The position numbers were made by a program, and so were the translations under genes. Below are positions 50,141 through 61,367 of a stretch of 64,000 bases of DNA, piece after piece (position 1 is the stretch's first letter; each line of letters starts with the position of its first letter). The stretch spans positions 20,586,001-20,650,000 of the forward strand of contig CM059433.1 in NCBI GenBank assembly GCA_030390025.1, written 5' to 3'. The notes below the pieces were generated by a model. That model saw only the letters and a list, made by a program, of their open reading frames with translations. It was not told where the DNA came from and searched no databases. The stretch is from Squalus acanthias. Lineage: Eukaryota.

Positions 50141-51033
50141 CCCTCCCCAACAGCACTAGCAAACACTCCCCCTAGGACATCGGTCCCGGCCCTGCCCAGG
50201 TGCAGACCGTCCCGTTTGTACTGGTCCCACCTCCCCCAGAACCGGTTCCAATGTCCAAGGAATTTGAATCCCTCCCCCTTGCACCATTCCTCTAGCCACG
50301 TATTCATTTGAAATATCCTCCTATTTCTACTCTGACTAGCACGTGGCACTGGTAGCAATCCTGAGATTACTACCTTTGAGGTCCTCTTTTTTAATTTACC
50401 TCCTAACTCCCTATATTCTGTTTTTAGGACCTCATCCCGTTTTTTACCTATATCATTGATGCCTATGTGCACCACGACAACTGGCTGTTCGCCCTCCCGC
50501 TCCAAAGTGTTCTGTAGCCGCTCCAAGACGTCCTTGACCCTTGCACCAGCGAGACAACACACCATCCTGGAGTCTCGATTGCGGCCGCAGAAACGCCTAT
50601 CTATTCCCTTTACAATTGAATCCCCTATCACTATAGCTCTTCCACACTTTTTCCTCCCAGCCTGTGCAGCAGAGCCACCCATGGTGCCAGGAAGTTGGCT
50701 GCTGCCACCTTCCCCTGATAAGTCATCCCCCCCAACAGCATCCAAAGTGGTATATCTGTTTGAGAGGGGGATGGCCACAGGGGACCCCTGCACTACCTGT
50801 ACACCCTTTATCTGCGGTGTGACCAACTCGCTAAACGTGTTATTCACGACGTTCTCAGCGTCGCGAATGCTCCAATATGCATCCATCCGCAGCTCCAGCG
50901 CCACAATGCGGTCCGTCAGTAGCTGCAGCTGGATACATTTCCCACACACATGGTCGTCAGGGACACAGGAAGTGTCCCTGATTTCCCACATATTGCAGGA
51001 GGAGCATATCACGGCGCCGAGCACTGCTGCCAT
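50131..51033 (-). CDS. CR1 ORF1 protein (zinc finger/leucine zipper + SGNH esterase)
   Basis: Intact 300 aa: CxxC..CxxC, GDS, HIGIND, DGLH. Confidence 0.9.
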   Translation of the reverse strand: MAAVLGAVICSSCNMWEIRDTSCVPDDHVCGKCIQLQLLTDRIVALELRMDAYWSIRDAENVVNNTFSELVTPQIKGVQVVQGSPVAIPLSNRYTTLDAVGGDDLSGEGGSSQLPGTMGGSAAQAGRKKCGRAIVIGDSIVKGIDRRFCGRNRDSRMVCCLAGARVKDVLERLQNTLEREGEQPVVVVHIGINDIGKKRDEVLKTEYRELGGKLKKRTSKVVISGLLPVPRASQSRNRRIFQMNTWLEEWCKGEGFKFLGHWNRFWGRWDQYKRDGLHLGRAGTDVLGGVFASAVGEGLN

Positions 51034-51204
51034 GACTTACCCTTTAATTAATTAATTAAAATTAAACTAATTGAATCCCACCAATTTCCCTTCAATTAAA
51101 TGATACACTCAAGGGCCCTTGCTTAACAGCAGTCCCCGCTACACCACAGAGACTCTAGAAACTATAAACCACAGAATTTAAGTATGGAAAAAAGGAGAAA
51201 AAGA

Positions 51205-51452
51205 GAAATACTCACCAACCAATCACTTACCTGCTTTCTGGTGACGTCACACTTTGATTATTTTCTACTTCTCTCTCTCCCGCTCTCGGGGCTCAGATTG
51301 GTAAGCCTACCTGGTCGCCGCTGCCTCTTTTATGGCCGCCGCCTTGCCGCAGCCGCTCCACCCAGGTCCGCCGCCTCTGTGGGCCTACCTGGTCGCCGCC
51401 TCTTTTATGGCCGCCGCCTCGCCGCAGCCGCTCCACCCAGGTCTGCTGCCTC
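51205..51452 (-). promoter_or_regulatory. CR1 internal promoter/5'UTR with duplicated ~75-bp monomer
   Basis: CpG-rich; TGACGTCA at 51242-51249, CCAAT motif, CATAAAAG in each monomer (51305-51381, 51382-51452). Confidence 0.6.
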
Positions 51453-52934
51453 CTCCACTTACACTGGATTACTGTTAGTTCATCACTCCCTCCCCTCCAC
51501 TGACACTGGATTACTGTTAGTTCCTCACTCCCTCCTCCACTGACACTGGATTACTGTTAGTTCCTCACTCCCTCCTCCACTGACACTGGATTACTGTTAG
51601 TTCCTCACTCCCTCCCCTCCACTGACACTGGATTACTGTTAGTTCCTCACTCCCCCCACTCCACTGACATTGGATTACTGTTAGTTCCTCACTCCCTCCT
51701 CCACTGACACTGGATTACTGTTAGTTCCTCACTCCCTCCCCTCCACTGACACTGGATTACTGTTAGTTCCTCACTCCCTCCTCCACTGACACTGGATTAC
51801 TGTTAGTTCCTCACTCCATCCCGTCCACTGACACTGGATTACTGTTAGTTCCTCACTCCCTCCTCCACTGACACTGGATTACTGTTAGTTCCTCACTCCC
51901 TCCACTGACACTGGATTACTGTTAGTTCCTCACTCCCTCCTCCACTGACACTGGATTACTGTTAGTTCCTCACTCCCTCCACTGACACTGGATTACTGTT
52001 AGTTCCTCACTCCCTCCCCTCCACTGACACTGGATTACTGTTAGTTCCTCACTCCCTCCTCCACTGACACTGGATTACTGTTAGTTCCTCACTCCCTCCA
52101 CTGACACTGGATTACTGTTAGTTCCTCACTCCCTCCCCTCCACTGACACTGGATTACTGTTAGTTCCTCACTCCCTCCACTGACACTGGATTACTGTTAG
52201 TTCCTCACTCCCTCCCCTCCACTGACACTGGATTACTGTTAGTTCCTCACTTCCCCCACTCCACTGACACTGGATTACTGTTAGTTCCTCACTCCCCCCA
52301 CTCCACTGACACTGGATTACTGTTAGTTCCTCACTCCCTCCCCTCCACTGACACTGGATTACTGTTAGTTCCTCACTCCCTCCCCTCCACTGACACTGGA
52401 TTACTGTTAGTTCCTCACTCCCTCCTCCACTGACACTGGATTACTGTTAGTTCCTCACTCCCTCCTCCACTGACACTGGATTACTGTTAGTTCCTCACTC
52501 CCTCCCCTCCACTGACACTGGATTACTGTTAGTTCCTCACTCCCTCCTCCACTGACACTGGATTACTGTTAGTTCCTCACTCCCTCCACTCCACTGACAC
52601 TGGATTACTGTTAGTTCCTCACTCCCCCCTCTCCACTGACACTGGATTACTGTTAGTTCCTCACTCCCTCCCCTCCACTGACACTGGATTACTGTTAGTT
52701 CCTCACTCCCTCCACTCCACTGACACTGGATTACTGTTAGTTCCTCACTCCCTCCACTCCACTGACACTGGATTACTGTTAGTTCCTCACTCCCTCCACT
52801 CCACTGACACTGGATTACTGTTAGTTCCTCACTCCCTCCCGTCCACTGACACTGGATTACTGTTAGTTCCTCACTCCCTCCTCCACTGACACTGGATTAC
52901 TGTTAGTTCCTCACTCCCGCCTCCACTGACACTG
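51453..52934. repeat. Minisatellite right arm, ~37 copies
   Basis: Same unit as 46481-47044. Confidence 0.97.
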
Positions 52935-54129
52935 TATTTTTGATCTCTATTGATAAACAAGGCACAGTCTCATCTCAGACAAACCCCTTTAAACGTCATA
53001 TGGAGTCACAGTTTGCATTGACTGTCTGCTCCTCGACCAGTTTCAAAAATCAACCTGTTCTCTGAGTCTTCTAAATTTTAACGTTTGAGATAGGGATGTG
53101 CATCAATTTCCAATTTATCAGAAACGCAGTGAAAATGTGACGTATCCATTAGGAACTGTTGAGTGATGCATAGCTCCCCCCACCCCCCACATCATCGAAT
53201 TCCCCCCGACCACTGCCTGTCCTCTGCGATGTGACCGAATATATTGGAGTTCAACTTGGGTGAAAAAAGTAACGTTCTATTATTTTGATCATCAAGATGC
53301 AGCTAGTGTATCTAGCTGACCTTCTACAGTGCTTCCTCCTCTTGCTACATATGCATGTATTAGTAATACTTATTCCACCACAGAATGAAGCCAATTATAA
53401 TGTCCCTGATACAGCTCTGGCTGAGATCTGATAATTCAACACAGAACCAGGGACCAGGCTTTCCTTTTCTGGAAGCATCAGTACTAAATCATAATTTAGT
53501 ACTTTAAGTCACGAAGACATGTTAAAGAAAATAAGGCATGAGTTGCTGTCTTGACCATGTTTAGTCTGATAATGTGAGTTCTCTTCCACGGTCTGCATTT
53601 ATCAGTGGTAGGTAATCTAGTGCTGCTGCAATCACATTCAAAGAAAAGCCGTTAACTCTCCGTATTGTGCCCAGCATATTGTGACATTGCAGCTTCAACT
53701 CCAAAGGTCCACAAAAGAAGAGAAAGACCAGCACTTCAGGGATTTATTGTGTAAGTGCCAGTTCAAATCCATAGTAATTAAAGGCTCAAGACCTCCAGCA
53801 ACTCCCTCCTAGGCTGTTCATAGCAGCCTGACTGCACTTGGCTATAAACAGCCTGGCAGGATTTTTCCAGTATTTAGTCACAAGTACAAACATATGAGTG
53901 TCAGATAAATAATTATAACTCCAGGGTACATTTAATAGAATTCAGGGAATCCTGCATTGCAAACAATTACAATCTGGAGAAAACTATAAGATCAGCTGAA
54001 CTGAAGTAGAGTATGCTGCAATGGAAACAACAAACTACCATTTAAACTGCAGTTTGCTGCAATATCCTTATATTTTCACATTATCTGAAAATCTACGTGG
54101 CTGAAATACATTAAAGGAACATTGGAATA

Positions 54130-54208
54130 GATCTTGACTTTGTGCGATAGTGTAAAACGGGTGATAGCGAGTCGACAGCCCGTTTTACATCTCTCTCGAT
54201 GTTTATTT
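54130..54208. mobile_element. Left half of palindromic MITE, cut by CR1
   Basis: TTGACTTTGTGCGATAGTGTAAAACGGG..TTTACATCTCTC. Confidence 0.75.
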
Positions 54209-56200
54209 CATAAGAACATAAGAGCATAAGAATTAGGAGCAGGAGTAGGCCATACAGTCACTCGAGCCTGCTCCGCCATTCAATAAGATGATGGCTCCTG
54301 ATATACTCCATCTGCCACCTTATTGCCCACTCACTTAACCTGTCTATCTCCCTTTGCAGGCTCTTTGCGTCCTCCTCACATCTTACTTTTCCATCTAACT
54401 TTGTATCATCAACAAACTTGGATACATTGCACTCGGTCCCTTCATCTAATTCATTAATATAGATTGTAAATAGCTGAGGCCCAAGCACTGATCCTTGCGG
54501 CACCCCACTAGTTACAGCCTGCCAATCTGAAAATGACCCATTTATCCCTACTCTCTGTTTTCTGTCTGTTAACCAATCCTTTATCCATGTTAATACCTTA
54601 CCCCCAATTCCATGTGCCCTTATCTTGCTTAACAACCTTTTATGTGGTACCTTATTGAATGCCTTTTGGAAATCCAAATATACTACATCCACTGGTTCCC
54701 CTTTATCTACCCTGCTAGTTACATCCTCAAAAAACTCGAATAAATTTGTCAAACACGATTTACCTTTCATAAAACCATGTTGACTTTGCCTAATCATATT
54801 ATGATTTTCTAAGTACCCTGTTACCACTTCCTTAATTATGGATTCCAGCATTTTCCCGAGGATTGCGGTCAGGCTAACTGGCCTGTAGTTCCCGGTTTTC
54901 TCTCTCCCTCCTTCCTTGAATAGTGGGGTTACATTTGCTACCTTCAATCCATTGGGACTTTTCCTGAACCTAGGGAATTTTAGAAGATCACAACCAATGC
55001 ATCCACTATCTCTGCAGCCACCTCTTTTAGAACCCGAGGATGTAGGCCGTTAGGTCCAGGGGAATTGTCGGCTTTTCGTCCCATTAGTTTCTCAAGTACT
55101 TTTTCTCTACTGATATTAATTACTTTAAGTTCCTCGCTCTCATTAGCCCCTTGATTCCCCACTATTTTTGGTATACTTTTTGTATCTTCTACTCTGAAGA
55201 CACATACAAAATATTTGTTTAATGCCTCTACCATTTCCTTGTTCCCCAATATAATATCTCCTGTCTCAGCCTCTAAGGGACCAACGCTTACTTTTGCTAC
55301 TCTTTTCTTTTTTACATACTTGTAGAAGCTCTTACAATCTGTTTTTATATTTCTTGCTAATTTGCTCTCATGTTCTATTTCCTCCTTTTTATTAATTTTT
55401 TGGTCATCCTTTGCTGGTTTCTAAAGCTCTCCCAATCCTCAGGCGTACTACTATTCTTTGCAACTTTATAAGCCTCTTCTTTTAATCTAATACTATCCTT
55501 AACTTCTTTAGTTAGCCACGGATGCATCACTTTTCCCATGGAGTTTTTACTTCGCAATGGAATGTGTATTCGTTGAGAATTTTGGGATATTTCTTTAAAT
55601 GATTGCCACTGCTTATCTACTGTCATATCTTTTAATCTAATTTCCCAATCTACCTTAGCTAACTTGCCCCTCATACCTATGTAATTGGCTTTGTTTAAGT
55701 TTAAGACTCTAGTGCCGGAGTTAAGAACATCACTTCCAAACTCAATGTGAAATTCTATCATATTATGATCACTCTTTCCTAGAGGATCCTTTACTATAAG
55801 TTTACTAATTAACCCTGTCTCATTACGCAATACAAGATCTAAAATAGCCTGTTCCCTGGTTGATTCCATGATGTATTGTTCTAGGAAACTGTCTCGAATA
55901 TATTCCATGAACTCGTCCTCCAGACTACCCTTGCCAATTTGATTTGCGCAATCTATATGCAGATTAAAGTCCCCCATGATTATTGTATTACCTTTGTTAC
56001 AAGCTTCTATTATTTCTTGACTAATACTCTGTCCAATGGTATAGCTACTGTTAGGGGGCCTATAAACTACTGCCACCACTGATTTCAGCCCCTTGTAATT
56101 TCTTATCTCCACCCATACTGATTCTACTTCCTGGTTTCTGAGCCAAGATCCTTTCTCACTGCTGTCCTAATGTCATCCTTAATTATCAGGGCTACAACCC
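54209..56200 (-). mobile_element. CR1 ORF2 relic (EN-RT) with internal 3' deletion
   Basis: [32 protein letters not shown] joined directly to 3'UTR. Confidence 0.93.
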
Positions 56201-56202
56201 CC

Positions 56203-57345
56203 ATCCCAAATTGACGGAGCAGGGCCCATGCTTTCCTGCTGGAGTGAGTGAAGTTAGTCTTCTCCACAAGGCTCCTTCACCTTTCATGTCTTGCCGAATT
56301 CAAGGACTCCAGCATTGCAATGGCTGTGGCTGGGTTCTTGTTCAGCAAATACTCCTGGGAGAGAGTCTTGCTTTCTTCCATCCAACAAGGAATATATGTC
56401 TTCCTAAATCCCGAGGTATAATGCATTTTGTGGCAGCTTTAATAATTCCTCTAAATCTGTTGAAGGCATTGGTGGTTGCCGGAATCCACCTGATGCTGGT
56501 GTCAGCTGACCTTTGGAAGGTTTCCCAGTCTGCTTTTTTGAAGTTTCATCGTGGTTCTGGTGTTGATGCAATGACAGGATTTTCGATGCCAACGTTGATG
56601 ATTGAGGGCCTGTGTTGGCTGTTGGGGAAGTCGTCAAGAATGGTTTTGAAGGCGATGATTGGTTTTCCTTTGCTGTCTTTAGAGAGGAACAAAGATCTGG
56701 GTTATATTCTCTTTGCCGCCTTAACAAATGAAACATACCTCGATCTTTGGTGTCAAAAAGGAGGAATTTATTCTCTAGTGAAGCCCATTGTACAATTGCT
56801 TCTCCATCATAGTTGATGTCTGCATAGCACCACATTGTGTAGTGGCTATTAAAGTTCTCCGGATGGATGTTGACTAGGAGGGAGCGGTGGGACAGGCCAC
56901 TGTACGAGTGGTGGTTTGTAGAAATTGGAGATTGTTAGCTCTCCTACGAGTATTGCTGTAGTGAAAACTCCAGCAGTACTGGTATGCTCGAGTTCAGTGC
57001 AGCTTTCGATGCCTTGTTTGACATAGCATGCCAGGCCATATTTGGGATGGTTATTGCAAGCAATTAGGTCAAAACCTGTGATACGTCCTCTTGTGTTGAA
57101 CTGGTGGATGTGTTCGATGTGTGTTTCTTCAAGAACCAGGACATCAACGCTGTGTTTCTTGAGTAACCTTTCTAGATATTCGTATTTTGAATGAGAGATG
57201 CCTTCGATGTTAAGTTGGCATATTTGGATGGCTGGGCCTACATGATCCTGGAGAGGACCATTCAATTTGCTTGGTTTGCTACACCAGCAGGAGGTCGATT
57301 TAACGACAAGTTCGGTTTCCTTTGAGATGACATCAGTTGTGATCT
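56203..57345 (-). mobile_element. Vingi/Ingi-group LINE 5' part (endonuclease), inverted
   Basis: GPAIQICQLNIEGIS..VLEETH..YKPP..YNPDL..NFTHSSRKAWALLRQ. Confidence 0.75.
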
Positions 57346-57361
57346 AAGATCATGTAACAGG

Positions 57362-57735
57362 GTGGACCGCGAGAAGGCTGTCATCATCCACCCGCAAAAG
57401 ACCATCACCTCGACATTCCACCTCAACACCCATCAAACAAACCAAGCTTTGAAAGTCTCCTTTTGCGGCGTAGAGGTAAACCATGCCAAAAAATCCTCCT
57501 ATTTAGGAGTCACACTCGATCGCACCCTGTCACACAGACAGCATCTCCAGAACCTTGGGAAGAAACTAAAGAGTAGGGTCAACTTGATCCAGAAACTCAC
57601 CGGATCCACATGAGGAGCAGACGCTCAAACCCTCCATATGGCAGCACTCGCCCTGCTGTACTCTACAGCAAAGTACTGCTCTCCGGCATGGCTATCAAGT
57701 CCGCATGTCAAATCCATTCATGTCCAGCTGAATTC
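57362..57735 (+). mobile_element. Vingi/Ingi-group LINE late RT part
   Basis: FHLNTH..YLGVTLDRTL..KLTGST*GA..YCSPAW..VQLN. Confidence 0.75.
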
Positions 57736-57834
57736 TCCAGGACAGCAGTCCGAGATTGCAGCCCACATCATTCAACCCTAGCTTTTGTATGGTTAAAGCT
57801 AAGGGACCATTGTAATCCATGGAGTATTTGATTA

Positions 57835-58240
57835 TCCATGCCTTTAGTTCTCCTTATAACCTTCAGTCCTGTACTGAACCAGATGTTCATCCAGCTCTTT
57901 ATTCATGGAGTCAATCAACGTGCGATTAATTACTTATGATGTGATTCTGTTCCACATATCAACTGCTCTGTAGGGGAAACAATCTAATTTCTAATCTAAT
58001 TTAATGCTTGTTAATCTTGCGCTGTGTCATCTAGTATTGCAATCTCAGTCCAAGTTAAATAACCTAATTCCATGTACATGATGTGTCTTCAAGTGTTTTA
58101 CAGACCTGGATCATGTCCTCTCATAATCTTATTTTCCTCAGTGAAAAGTTAAATTCTGTCAGCCTTGATTTTATAACTTAGAGCTCTCTCTTCAATGGAT
58201 GAATATCCTTTGAAAGATAGCATGCCATGAACTGTACACA
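57835..58240 (-). mobile_element. Very old CR1 3' fragment
   Basis: Degenerate LWNR and CVQF-like motifs. Confidence 0.5.
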
Positions 58241-58657
58241 ATGGGACATTGTCTCGTTCCCTTGGAAACGGCTGAACATGTGATAACAGCCGCGTTCAAG
58301 GCAGCCTTTTAGGGCCCTTATTTCCATATGCAAAAGGCCTATTTTGACGCCTATACCAATATGGCGAGCGGTGCACCTACGGTTCGTAATGTGCGCACGC
58401 GCATACTGCCTGCCAGCACAGGCACAATGGGCCGAATAACCTCCTTCTGTGCTGCATCATTATATGATAGGACACTTTGGCTTCAATGAATTTCTAGGCC
58501 TCTGAGTGCTTTTGGAATGTTTAATTCTAATGACATTTGTAAAGGTTTTTAAATGTAGCTTATGAAGAAAAAATGCATGTCTTTTTTCCATAGTTCTATT
58601 TGGCTGGGAATTGAAAAATTGATCTGCTGAGTGAATACTTGCTGAAGTTAAGACTTA

Positions 58658-59528
58658 GGCCGCAATTTTGCAAATGGATGCGGCTTGGGAGCGGGTCAGC
58701 TGGTTTCCGGGTTCCAATCCCGCCCCCAACTTCATCCGGCCAACGGACATGATTTTACGTCGATTGGCCTTGTTAAGCTGTCCCTGCGGGCTTGCCGGCC
58801 AATTAAGAAGCCGGTCAGATGACGTCATTTGATGACGCGTCATCTGCTGGTTTTCTTCAAAGGTCCACGCGCAATTTTTCTTTGACAGCTCATTTCTCAG
58901 TGTTTGACAGCACTGAGGTGCTGCAATCACTGACAATGACTGTTCACAGGTGAGCTCTTGCACCCAGGCTCTCCAGTGACTCCCTCCTTCGGCTAGAACA
59001 GATGGCAGCTGCAGGTGAGGTTACAGAAGCGATCTGTCACTGATGAGAGAGGTTCTCCCAATGAGGTGGGACTAGACAACCAATTCAAAACTTGTTACCT
59101 ACAGAAAAGTGTAAATGCATTAAAAATGATTTTCCCAACATTTCCTTACCTCTGAAACTCACCAGTGCACCATTGGATCCTTCACACCACTTCTGCAGCT
59201 GACATCAATGCACAAACATTACAGCAGACTCACAACACGCCACACTTACCTGGCGTGGTGTCCGGGTTGGGGAACCCGAGGCAGAAGCGGCAAAATTGAA
59301 AAAGAGCCTGTTAACAAGTATCAAGTACCTGTTAACAGCCAGGTAAGTGGCTATAAACCTCTTCCCGCCGCTAGGTGTCGGGTCCATGTGCAAATCGGGG
59401 ACCCAACACTTGGGAAGATTGATTGGAGGCGGGTTAACAGCGGGTTTCCTACCCGCTGTCAATCTTTGCCATTTTGACAGCGGTCCTGCCTCCAATCCCG
59501 CACTCTGAGGACCGGCAAAATCCCGGCC
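58658..59528 (+). mobile_element. Harbinger deletion derivative related to 13163-14985
   Basis: TIR GGCCGCAATTTTGC / GCAAAATCCCGGCC; shared GATGACGTCATTTGATGACG; flanks TTA/TTC. Confidence 0.85.
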
Positions 59529-59829
59529 TTCAGGTCAAGCACATTTTCCTGCTTTAGAGGCTTTTTGTTGTTTACAGCTTTGAGGTTCAAACCGTTTATG
59601 AGGCAGCTGATAAACACTTAACAATTGTGTGCTAGTGGCAAGCTGGCCTTTAAAGAGGAACTGAATCCTGTTATTTCATTACTTTTAATGAACCCAAATC
59701 AAAATGATGGGAGGATTTGACTTTGCTGCAAATCACTCTGCCACATACTTTGTTATGCGTCTGAAAAAAACTGACTAATCTGTAATTATGCTTTCATACT
59801 TCTCCATTTATTGGTATAACTGATTAAAC

Positions 59830-60180
59830 TTCTAGAACCTTGCCTATAATCAACATCAAGCTAACTGGCCTATAACTCCCAGGTTCCCACTTGCTTCCCA
59901 TTTTAAAATATAGGCACAATGTGGGCCTCTCTCCAGTCCATGGAACCAGACCGTAACAAAATCTGTGAGCCAGTTCAATGGATTCAATTCTAGCATCACA
60001 TCTATCCCTCAGTTCAAGCATCTCGGCATCATCATCAGTGAAAAAAGATGCAAAGTAACCATTCAGCCACTGAGCCATATTTATGCAAATATGCCCTGCA
60101 CTATCTCTCAGTGACCTTATGTGGTCCTTGATCACTTTCTCACTCCTAACTGAAAAAGGCCTTGCTATCGCTGCCATACC
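59830..60180 (-). mobile_element. Old CR1 ORF2 fragment
   Basis: LNGYFASFFT, PGSYRPVSL. Confidence 0.75.
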
Positions 60181-61367
60181 TATCCAGTCACATGAGCACA
60201 GGCAGCAACAAAATAGGGGAAAGGGACAAAATTAGTGGGGGGAAAGAAACTAACAGAATTCGGTGGAATTGCTCTTGGTAAATTGGGGAATGTAATGTTT
60301 TATACTTAGCGTTATACTACTTGACACATAGCGTAAAATTGCCGTTAGCCCAAAGCGGGCGACAGCATGTTTTAAACTCTGCCCGATATTCTTTACCATT
60401 GAAGTCAATGGGCTACCTATTCATTGTCACCCATTTTGCGTTACCACCGATGATCAATTTCACCCCCATAATGTATTATTGCACATTGTAGTTGACGTCT
60501 GTGGTGTTACTCAGGGACCGAAGAAATTGAGTACCTCTTCCTGTAGTTGTTTATCTCCTTTCCATTGCTCTAATTCTTTGTATCTGTATTGGGTCTTTCT
60601 ATTTTTATTTTGGTGAGAAGGAAGGGGACCATTAGTCCTTTAAATTGTATGCCTGCTCTCTCTGGTTCCTTACAGATAGATTTGCAGCTCTGACCTGTAG
60701 ATTTTGCTTTCTTCACTTAGCAAAGTCCAATTATTCAGCAATTTTGTAGAGCAAACAGTTGACTTTGCATTTCCAGTATTATTTAAGGTGTTAATTGTTT
60801 CCCAATTGCAGTTCATGGCTAACTAGAGATTTTAGTGCTGCCTACTTTTCGTTAGGTGGCTTACTGCACAGGAGAGAAAGTCCACAGCAACCCACAGCAA
60901 TGTCTAGGCTTCTATGTTTCTTAAGTTAGAAATTGTATTTTTCAGTGTGTGTTTGTGTATATCACTGCCCAAAAAAATCTGAAACAATTTGAGACATTTG
61001 GTTAATTGTGCAAAGGTTGCTGGTTTGTGATGGTCAGATTTTTCTTACCTGTCTATATTTGAGTAAATGTGCATGGTCAACTTAGCAGATAATGGTCAGA
61101 TGCAAGTGTGTTGGACATTGTTTGTGTGTGAAAGTATAAAGGACAATTTTCCCAATCTCTACGGATGTGTGTTTGATGCCAGTCTTTTAATAATATATAG
61201 ATATGTCAAAACTGGGGGAAATTATGAAGAAATATAAATTATTGGACCAGATGGAAAACACGGCCTGACTGCGTTAAAATTATTGAATTATTTATTTCCA
61301 ATAAATATTTCTCTATTCTGGTAAAATTACATCTCAGTTAATTATTGTGCAAAGTTAAGATGAATTA

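Larger units (their letters stand above)
47045..51452 (-). mobile_element. 5'-complete CR1 LINE
   Basis: GC-rich 5'UTR, intact ORF1, ORF2 with few lesions, (TTCTATGT)n tail. Confidence 0.95.

Noticed and set aside
46481..52934. CRISPR-like array of ~33-bp repeats
   Set aside because: Linkers are only a few bp of C/T variants rather than unique spacers; no cas genes; eukaryotic context
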